Source of the DNA: Podarcis filfolensis
Taxonomy: Eukaryota
Direction: 5' to 3' (one strand)
Assembly (NCBI GenBank): GCA_964270895.1
Contig: OZ185442.1
Length of the DNA stretch: 64,000 nt
Positions 37,101-44,800 of this stretch are shown one piece after another; position 1 is the first letter of the stretch; every line of letters starts with the position of its first letter. The position numbers and the translations under genes are program-made. The notes beneath the pieces were generated by a model. That model had not been told where the DNA came from. It saw only the letters and a list, made by a program, of their open reading frames with translations, and did not search any database.

Positions 37101-39292
37101 ATGTGGAAAACCTGATTGCTGTTTGTTCCAATTCAGCGGTAAAACGTGGGTTTTCCTGGGGAAAGTGCCAGAACAAAAAACAACAGTGCTCAGACATGCA
37201 GCTTTAAAGTCCAGACCTGTGCCTAGAAACGCAGCACAAAGGCAGTCTGGATGAGTCCTTAATGAGGGTACTGAGTAATTTAAGAAGGTGATGAATCGGT
37301 GTTGCTGTCCAATTCATTGTGCCTTGTAGGAAAAAAACAGCTTTAAGTAGCCCTGAAGCTCTTCATCAACCAGCTTGCACCTACATGTCTATGTGACAGG
37401 TCCCACCCACACCTGTTGATAGGCATCCTTCCCTCTCTACATTCTCCGTGATGCCTCATCTGAGAACAAAGCCAACCTTTGGTCTTGGTGCCCTCCATTT
37501 CATTGCCTGAAAGTGAGACAGGCAAGCAGCTGAAGACTGAGGTGGGTCTTGTAAATCCTCACCACCTAGGTTTGGTTTAAAACACTGACACAGGAGGCAC
37601 AGTCCACTGAGAACTTTTCCTGCCCAGTCTATCCCCTTGAATGAAATGGAACTTATCTCCTGCAGAGATAAGAGGATGTAGAGCTAGAAGTGGAAAACTC
37701 AGGATGGGGAGGGATCATGCTCCATAGTACGCTTAGGACTTGCAGGGTCCTCTTCAGAGTCAGCAGGAAAGTGGGGAGGGTGATCCCACAACAGTCCCAT
37801 TAGTGAAGCAGGAATAAAGAGGCCTCCAGATGGGCCAAGCCAGGTATAAATAGCTTCTGCATTGGCTTCTGCCTAGACAAGAGCAGAACTCCCAGTTTAC
37901 TCTTCTCTTGGGCTTTTGTTTCCCTGGACTTCAGGCTCCTCAATCTGATTGCCTTTGCTCCATCTGCCTCAGTGCTTTGATTGCCTGCTTGAATACATAA
38001 CTCAGATGTAACACTGAACCACGGCTTGGCTTGAGGGAGGCCTCTCTCCTCTTGAATGCAGATTCCTTCCTTTGTATTCTGCTTGTCATTCATCACACTC
38101 TACCCAGACATGCAAATTGGCAAACCCAGTTAACACTAGCCACCAAACCAGGGTGTACAAACTCACATTGGGATTCAAATCATGAATGTGAGGAAAATTA
38201 TTAGCTGTAGCTTGCCAGTCCAGAAGCCACAGCAGCTTATGGCTGGCAAAAAACAGGTAGTGGGAAAGAACCCAGTTGTAAGATGAAGCTGGGAGCACAT
38301 GAGTTCTCATAGAGCTCCCACATTCTAAGCCCATGCTTAAGCCTAACTTGAGCTGTTGTCTGCTTTGGCTTCTAATTCTGCCAAGGTTTTTGTACAACTG
38401 ACACAGGCACTTGCTTTCCCAGCCAGACGGAGCTGCACAACCATCCCTATAAAGTGTTCCCCAGTCCAAAAAGGACAGTTCCAGGGCAGCCAAAGAAGAA
38501 ACTACTGTTGTGAAAGTTGTCCCATTAAACTGGGCTCTAACTTATCAGCCTTTTGACAGCTTACATCTTATTTGGTCAATAGAGCATGTTCTCAACCACA
38601 GCCAGGAAAGGCAGTACCTGCAATAGTGGGGTCAGCTGCAAAAGCATGGCCTGCTCGTACAGCAAATTCAGTTCAGCACAGCTGGAGAAGGACAGCTTGG
38701 AGGTGTGCAGGTAATAGTGGACGTGCCTGAAGGTGTAACCATCTCTGTCAATGAACAGGCGCACATTTTCATTCTGAGTCAAAGCCGAAACCTCTTTCCA
38801 GATCAGAGAGTCTGGAAACTGGGCGATTTTGCTTTTGGGAACTGAGAAGCACCAGCCTCCGACATTCAGGTGAATCAGCTCTTCCTCAGAAGATTCAGCT
38901 TCAGAAACTATTTCTGATTCTTCCTAATTGAAAGGTGGGGGAGAAATCAGTACAAGCTCAGAGCAGATCCTAAGCCTTTAAAATAACCAGACCCGTGAAT
39001 TCCCCTCCCCCACCCACTCTTTTAAAATCTATGTTAAAAAGAAGCCTCTCCGATAATGCTTCGGATCCGAGGATGCTGTCGAGTGCGGGGCAAGGAAGGA
39101 TGCATGCTCCCCAGCTGCACATGCTCAGAGACGCTCTTTCCCGGCGCTGGAAAAAAGGCGGAGAGCGCGCTCCGTGTGGGGGCGTGTGTAGAGGGAGACC
39201 TCCCTCGCCCCCGGTTCCAGCCCCGCACAGGGGGCCCATTTGGGGTTTCCGCTCTCTCTGTCCTGCTCTTGTGAGGGGATCCCCTTTACCAT
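19077..39292 (-). CDS. KCTD19: KCTD19, BTB/POZ-domain protein, complete spliced CDS, 16 coding exons, 921 aa
   Basis: complement join(39292-39290,38923-38618,36062-35912,33392-33201,32603-32472,32306-32084,31535-31375,29698-29601,28357-28215,27455-27372,26322-26217,25595-24995,22786-22592,21335-21181,20819-20718,19190-19077) = 2766 nt, phase-consistent. Peptides [55 protein letters not shown] and LKVEHPP match recalled human KCTD19 (926 aa). Confidence 0.95.
19297..19454. mobile_element. Degenerate hAT-like MITE
   Basis: Flanking direct repeat GCTGAAG (19290-19296, 19455-19461); shares internal motifs with the copy at 40584-40713. Confidence 0.55.
20718..20819 (-). CDS. KCTD19: KCTD19 exon 15
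   Basis: [34 protein letters not shown]; GAA|gtaagt. Confidence 0.92.
21181..21335 (-). CDS. KCTD19: KCTD19 exon 14
   Basis: [41 protein letters not shown]; TGG|gtaaga. Confidence 0.95.
22592..22786 (-). CDS. KCTD19: KCTD19 exon 13
   Basis: [30 protein letters not shown]; G|gtactt. Confidence 0.9.
22900..23715 (-). mobile_element. CR1 LINE fragment (degenerate RT region)
   Basis: aaaaagtgccaggtgttgtaaccc..gaccagaactatacac..aaacttggcaacctcactg, a typical antisense CR1 ORF2 pattern. Confidence 0.7.
23735..23935 (+). mobile_element. L2 LINE 3' fragment
   Basis: ttaaggcacacctgttcacacaggccttt encodes [10 protein letters not shown], an L2 ORF2 C-terminus motif. Confidence 0.6.
24995..25595 (-). 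CDS. KCTD19: KCTD19 exon 12 (large low-complexity linker)
   Basis: ORF 24828-25580 contains [16 protein letters not shown]; donor G|gtgaat chosen because it gives the phase 1 required by exon 13. Confidence 0.85.
25599..25624. repeat. (GAAAA)5 microsatellite
   Basis: Direct reading; forms the pyrimidine tract of the KCTD19 exon 12 acceptor. Confidence 0.9.
25895..26190 (+). mobile_element. CR1 LINE 3' end
   Basis: ttaaaagagggttagacaaattcatggag..ctatcaatggctactagcc..tccagcaggctcttatgttctta. Confidence 0.8.
26217..26322 (-). CDS. KCTD19: KCTD19 exon 11
   Basis: [24 protein letters not shown]; tttacag acceptor, AAT|gtaagg. Confidence 0.85.
26540..26880 (+). mobile_element. CR1 LINE RT fragment
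   Basis: cagctgtgaaaagg..tccatgctaggaataatcaggaaagg..tataaatctatgg..ttggaatactgtgtacagttct. Confidence 0.75.
27372..27455 (-). CDS. KCTD19: KCTD19 exon 10
   Basis: [27 protein letters not shown]; AG|gtatcc. Confidence 0.92.
28215..28357 (-). CDS. KCTD19: KCTD19 exon 9
   Basis: [47 protein letters not shown]; AA|gtaagt. Confidence 0.95.
29060..29350 (+). mobile_element. Degenerate Squam3-like tRNA SINE
   Basis: gtcccaggttcaatctccagcatatccag..ccaatgatctgacttgggataaggcagcttc; similar to the copy at 43819. Confidence 0.5.
29601..29698 (-). CDS. KCTD19: KCTD19 exon 8 (start of further BTB domain)
   Basis: [32 protein letters not shown]; AAG|gtacag. Confidence 0.95.
30325..30430 (+). mobile_element. 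CR1 3' tail
   Basis: ctgcttgtgggcttcctagaagcatct..ttggtctgatccagcagggttcttatg. Confidence 0.7.
30511..30713. mobile_element. hAT-type MITE
   Basis: 5' TIR CAGTGGCGGAG, degenerate 3' TIR; 8-bp TSD CTTGCAGA / CTTACAGA (1 mismatch). Confidence 0.7.
31375..31535 (-). CDS. KCTD19: KCTD19 exon 7
   Basis: [21 protein letters not shown]..; G|gtaagt. Confidence 0.92.
32084..32306 (-). CDS. KCTD19: KCTD19 exon 6
   Basis: ..[40 protein letters not shown]; AT|gtatgt. Confidence 0.93.
32472..32603 (-). CDS. KCTD19: KCTD19 exon 5
   Basis: [31 protein letters not shown]..; G|gtgcgg. Confidence 0.93.
32716..32856. mobile_element. Young hAT MITE, 141 bp
   Basis: TIR CAGTGGCGTAGCGTGGG / CCCACGCTATGCCACTG; perfect 8-bp TSD CATCCACC. 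Confidence 0.9.
33201..33392 (-). CDS. KCTD19: KCTD19 exon 4
   Basis: [31 protein letters not shown]; G|gtaagc. Confidence 0.95.
34283..34334. repeat. Compound (TA)n/(TG)n microsatellite
   Basis: Direct reading. Confidence 0.9.
35912..36062 (-). CDS. KCTD19: KCTD19 exon 3
   Basis: [50 protein letters not shown]; ag/gt boundaries. Confidence 0.95.
36500..36720 (-). mobile_element. CR1 3' fragment
   Basis: gtggctaatcagatgcc..caagttggtggccatcaccacatcttgtg..gagttccatagtttaactatgc. Confidence 0.7.
36952..37258. mobile_element. PIF/Harbinger-type MITE
   Basis: TIR GGGCTCATCCAGAC / GTCTGGATGAGTCC, flanks ATA / TTA, long internal inverted similarity. Confidence 0.7.
38618..38923 (-). CDS. KCTD19: KCTD19 exon 2, BTB domain 1
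   Basis: caattag acceptor; [27 protein letters not shown]; CAG|gtactg. Confidence 0.95.
39290..39292 (-). CDS. KCTD19: KCTD19 exon 1 coding part (ATG only)
   Basis: minus strand cagcaacATG|gtaaag: A at -3, donor directly after ATG, in phase with exon 2. Confidence 0.75.
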
Positions 39293-39447
39293 GTTGCTGG
39301 GCAGGCGGAGGGAGGGGCGGAGGACCATCCTGAGGGGACGGGGCAGAGCGCCCAGCAGGGCAAAGCAAAGGCCGGGCGACGGCGGCCGCTCAACGGCCTC
39401 CTTGGCTCGCGGCCTTCCGCCGCCGCCGCCGCGCGGTGTTTGCCCGG

Positions 39448-39460
39448 GTTGCCAGGCAAC
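39448..39460. promoter_or_regulatory. RFX X-box
   Basis: GTTGCC-A-GGCAAC, a perfect palindromic match to GTNRCC(N0-3)RGYAAC, 13 nt upstream of the LRRC36 ATG. Confidence 0.7.
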
Positions 39461-39473
39461 GCGCGGCGGCCTC

Positions 39474-39543
39474 ATGGCGGTAGCGGTGCCGCTGAGCGAG
39501 GCCTGGATTCGCCGGCAGCCGGCTCTGCGGGGGCTACAGCCAG
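39474..39543 (+). CDS. LRRC36: LRRC36 exon 1
   Basis: ATG GCG..CCA G|gtactg, 70 nt; MAVAVPLSEAWIRRQPALRGLQP. Confidence 0.88.
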
Positions 39544-41790
39544 GTACTGACCGCCAGCTAGCGAGAGGGCTGGCCGGGGGCGCGCGCGAAGGGGCCTCCT
39601 CGCTCGGTCTCCCAAAGGAGCGCCCCCCCCAGCGCCGCCATGGGGCAGCCTCCCCGGCCGGCCGACCACGGCTACTTTTAGGCCCAGCCAAGCTCAAGCC
39701 TATCTCCAAGGCTCGCTGCTTCCAGAGTTAAGGGACCCTTCGGTCACCGGGTGTGGACATTCTGCACATGCTCAGGGGCGCTCCTTTTCATAGTCTGGCA
39801 CAGTCCACGACTTCATTAGAGCATTTGGACGTTTCCAGGGAAGGCTGGCCGGTCGGGAGGGTAGTAGGCATGTGTGAAACAGAACTAATTCCCCTGAACT
39901 TTTGTTCCATGCGGAACGGCTCCCTTTTTTTCCCTGGCTTCTTCTCTTGTCCCTCCGCCCTGGCGAAAACTTCTCGCTATAAGTACGCGAGGAGAGTGGA
40001 AAGTACTCCGCGGTGGGGGCCTCAAGAGGAGGACTCAGAGGGGGACTGAGTGGGGGAGGGGCTTCTTTCGGGGACGGTGGTGGTGCGGGGTGCTGGTCCT
40101 TGGGACAGGGCAGCCAAAGTACCTTGCTGAGTAGCACGAGGCCACTTCAGGGATTTTTCTGCAGTTCGGGTGCACTGAAGCAAAATCAGGCTAGGATGAA
40201 GCAGTAGCTTTGTTTTGTTGTGAGGGGATCTTACATAAAAAGGGAGATCCCACGAGCCTTTTACAGCTTTCTGCCCTTGGCACCAGGTTGGGGAATTTAA
40301 TATTGTTAAACCTATAGCAGCAAATTCAGTGCTGCCTTAAGTCCACTCTGAATGTGTTGGGCAGATTGCCTGCCTCTCTTTTTATATGTTTTAATACTAT
40401 TTATAACACACTCTTCTCTCTCAAAGCAGCCAGTCAAAGCAGCTAATAAAAGTATTAAAAAGAAAACAAAGATAAATCTTTTTTTAAAGAAAGAAAGAAA
40501 GAAAATGCTAGATAGTTTGTGTTTACACTCAAGAGAGTGGAATCTGATTTGAAAGAATTGCTTCTCATTTTCTAAATGCTTATTAGAGGCAGATTTAGGG
40601 AGTTTGACCAGTTCGTTCACACGGTGCAGAGCCTAGGGGGCGCTGCAACTATTATTTCGAATGGTGCGGAGGAGGTACTAAATTAAATATTGAGACCCCA
40701 AGGTCCTCTGCTGTTCTCATCCAAACCATCTTTGCCTCTAGATAAACTGGTTCTGCAGGTTTTGAATGGTTACAAAAACCTGTTTGATTAGAGGCAACAG
40801 TGCATAAAAAGATGTTTGTGCACCATGGGAGCTCTTCTAAAAGTATTTTCTCTATCCTAAGAGATCCTCCTTTGAAATGCTGCTTACGACTTGTGTCTCT
40901 TGAGAGTTATTTCTTTAATTTTTTTCAGTTTAGTTCCAGTTTGCACTATTGTTTTCTGCCACAGTGGGGTTTAGGGGTTGCAGCTTAATAGGACCCATAC
41001 CTGTGGATGACAGCAACATATTTTACATCTAACCCCCCCCCACACATAGTCAGAATATACAAAGCTAAAAGAAATCAGATAGACAAATTTTCTGATATGT
41101 GAAAAACTGCAGTTTAAGAACTGTAGGAAAGACCAAAATACATTTACAAGTTGCCATTTTTTTCCAGAACAGGTGGAGTCCATCTCTCTGCAGGGAACCC
41201 ATGCAGCCAAAATTGTCTCTCTTGGAGATGGCCTGAAAGCCTTTAAAAACCTTCAGTCCTTAGATTTGTCAAAGAACCTGCTTGCTTGTCTAGAGGTGAG
41301 TTCTGCGGCCTTTCATGGTTGCTTCAGGATAATCTATTGAGAGATTAGCTCTTCTTTGCCAAAAGCCAGAGCCTGAGATGCCCCTGAACTGTGAAGCCGG
41401 TAATTGTGGTGATGAATGATTCTTGTTTCCCAAGTGGAGGAGCTTGGTATTAGTAAGAGGCATCTCACCCAAATCCTTTCCTGCCTTCACATGTCTAATA
41501 TGGCGTGCTAGCAGCTCAGTCTTGGAAGTGATATATACCTAGACTGTAGGCTGCAATCCTAAACCTGCTTACCTGGGAGTAAGACCCAATGAATTTAGTG
41601 GGCCTTATGGCTGCATGTTGGGAAAGATGGAGGGCACAAGGAGAAGGGGACGACAGAGGACGAGATGGCTGGATATTGGACAGTGTTCTCGAAGCTACAA
41701 ACATGAGCCTAACCAAACTGCGGGAGGCAGTGGAAGACAGGAGTGCCTGGCGTGCTTTGGTCCATGGGGTCACGAAGAGTCGGACACGAC

Positions 41791-41830
<40 letters not shown>

Positions 41831-44800
41831 TTTTTTTTTATTTATATCCCGCCCTCCCCAGCCGAAGCTGGGCTCAGGGCGGCTAACAACAATCAAATAA
41901 TCAAACAATCAAATAATCAAACATTCTAAAAATATTTCATTATAAAAATTAATTAAAATCAAGTTGATGGCAACCATTAAGCAAAATTCTGTGCAGGTTG
42001 CCAGAGGAGGGAGTCAGGCTGCGCCCTGACCAAAGGCCTGGTGGAACAACTCTGTCTTGCAGGCCCTGCGGAAAGATGTCAGGTCCCGCAGGGCCCTAGT
42101 CTCTTGTGACAGAGCGTTCCACCAGATTGGAGCCGCAGCCGAGAAGGCCCTGGCTCTAGTTGAGGCCAGCCTAACCTCTCTGAGGCCTGGGACCTTCAGG
42201 GTGTTTTTATTTGCAGACCGTAGGTTTCTCTGTGGGGCATACCAGGAGAGGCGGTCCCGTAGGTACGAAGGTCCTAGGCCGTATAGGGCTTTAAAGGTTA
42301 AAACCAGCACCTTAAACCTGATCCTGTACTCCACCGGGAGCCAGTGCAGCTGGTATAGCACCGGATGAATGTGGTCTCGCAGCGAAGACCCCATAAGGAG
42401 TCTCGCCGCAGCATTCTGCACCCGCTGGAGTTTCTGGGTCAGTCTCAAGGGCAGCCCCACGTAGAGCGAGTTACAATAATCCAGTCTGGAGGTGACCGTC
42501 GCATGGATCACAGTGGCTAGGTCAGGGCGAGAGAGATAAGGGGCCAACTGCTTAGCTTGGCGGAGATGAAAAAATGCCGCCTTTGTTATAGCTGTAATCT
42601 GCGCCTCCATCGAGAGGGAGGTATCGAAGATTACACCCAAACTCTTAACGGACGGTGCTGGCACTAATTGCACCCCCGCAAGAGATGGGAGTTGCCCCCT
42701 CAATCCCATATCGTCCCGTCCCAGCCAGAGGACCTCTGTCTTCGAAGGATTTAACTTCAACCAGCTCCCACGTAACCATCCAGCCACCGCTTCCAGACAT
42801 CTGGTCAGTGTGTCTGGGGCCGAGTCAGGATGGCCATCCATCAACAGATAGAGTTGGGTGTCATCGGCATACTGATGGCAACCCAGCCCAAAACTCCGGA
42901 CAAGCTGGGCGAGTTGCCGCTAAACAACTAAACGACTAAACAACAAAAATGCTTGTACAACTTAAACTCACACAGGGACAAGCAAAGGAGAACGCCTTCA
43001 CCCCAGTGTGGCTCCCCTTTATCACATATACACCCCACAAGACAGTGTCCTATCCACCACACCCCACAACAACATACAAATCAATATGGCTAATCTGACC
43101 CAACAACACCCCCCCACACATGCAAACATACCACATTGCAATCAACAGAACACAACCAACTAAGCTCTGGATCCGCTAATATTTTGTACCACCACCAAAA
43201 ATAGATATATAAATAAATAACTCACATGACGCTGACACAAAAACCCTGAACAAACACTATGCAACAGAATGAAAAATCATTATCTCCCCATCTCTCTCCC
43301 CCCCCTTCCCCCCCAGCCACATAATGTCTATGTCAACAGTGTCTCATACTGAATGTAAATGAACTGTGAAAAAGACTCTATGAATTGATAGTGGAGACAC
43401 CATATGTTCTTTTTTGTTGCACAATAAAATCTTTAATAAAAATATAATTTAAACAACGAAACAAAAAAACTTTGTTAAAATGTGCTTTGGAGCAGTTCTC
43501 CTAACTTCTGGTTTGGAGTAACTGTCAGTATGGCAATAGTTTCTTTGAATAAACTGGGTTCCTACCAGGAAGCTCAGCTTGCATATCTGTCTTGGATTTC
43601 TTTCTTTAAGGTTTTATTCCCTCACCTGGGCATGAACCATTGGGAGGTGGTTTAGAAGCAAATCTCTAGTACAATGCTAAGAACAGAGATGCAGCTCTGT
43701 GCTGGCTTCCTTGTGTTTTCCAGCACAATTCAAGATTGTACCAACCTTTTACAGTTATTTGAAAATGTTGACAATATGTGGAAATATAAAGGCAATTATG
43801 CAGATATTATATATTTTGAAGGAAGGGCCACAGCTTCGTGGCAGAGCAGCTGTTTTGCATGCAGAAGGTCTCAGGTTCAATTCATGGCATCTCCAGGTAG
43901 GGCTGGGAATGTTCCTTGCCTGAAACCCTGAAGATTTTCTGCCAGCCACTGTAGACAGCACTGACCTAGACAGACCAAGACTCAGTATGTGTTCCTATAT
44001 ACTTCCAAAACACTTCTGACAAGAGTCTTTCTCTTAAGCCAATTTACCAGTTGCAGAATTGTGTGTTCTCTTATGGCTCAATAACTGGTTTAATACCAGG
44101 AAGCAGATGGTAGGAAAACGTTTATCTTTTGCACAATAGTGCAATATTTGAAATTTTTAAAGGTAAAAATAATATGCAAATGTTCATAAATAAATAAAAG
44201 AATGCAATGTGGCTTCTGAAGGCTGGAGCTGGTGCCTGTGATGAGGCTGGAGTTAATGCTAAGGCTATAGTTTGGCTCTCCAGGTATTGTGAACTGCCTT
44301 GAGATTTTTGGATGAAGGGCAGAATATAAATTTAATAAATAATAAAATATATTTGGACTCAAAGGTGGGTGTACAGCAGTATAGTGGGGTTGCAATAAGA
44401 GTTTTCTGAGCCACAGAAAAAGCCAGAGGTAGAGGTGGGTGGGCAAGTCAAGAGAGAAGGCAAAAGACAGAGGCATCTCCAAGGAAGAGTGTGAGGGACT
44501 AATGTGATGGAGGGATAGACTCTGTCCTCAGACCTGCTCTGGAGGCTGTTAGGTCTAGGAGCAAGGGACAAAGAGTGGTGCTGAGCCCTGCCTGCCCTCT
44601 GGCACAAGAGGGGTCTAAGAATACTCTGGAGGGTTTGTTCCTGTGGAGAGTACCACAGGGCTATTTAATTTATTCACAAATAATCTGGAGGTACAGGAGG
44701 CTTACTTTCCACATTAAGTGACAGTGTGAATGAGCTCATAGTCATTTAGAATGACGAAAATGCAAGCAGATTGTGAGAAACACCAAAAGAGCTCTCCAAA

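Larger units (their letters stand above)
39150..39720. promoter_or_regulatory. CpG island / bidirectional promoter of KCTD19 and LRRC36
   Basis: Very GC- and CpG-rich compared with the rest of the window; divergent ATGs at 39292(-) and 39474(+); GC box GGGGCGG near 39315. Confidence 0.9.

Noticed and set aside
38970-39731. Several 110-194 aa ORFs on both strands over the promoter
   Set aside because: Expected from stop-codon depletion in a CpG island; only the 70-nt LRRC36 exon 1 and the KCTD19 ATG are supported.
41516-41929. ORFs with poly-Ile / poly-Asn runs
   Set aside because: Translation of the (AAT)n L2 tail plus the BovB fragment.
43819-43900. tRNA gene (also considered for 50646-50720)
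   Set aside because: The A/B boxes belong to SINE heads; there is no complete cloverleaf and SINE bodies follow.
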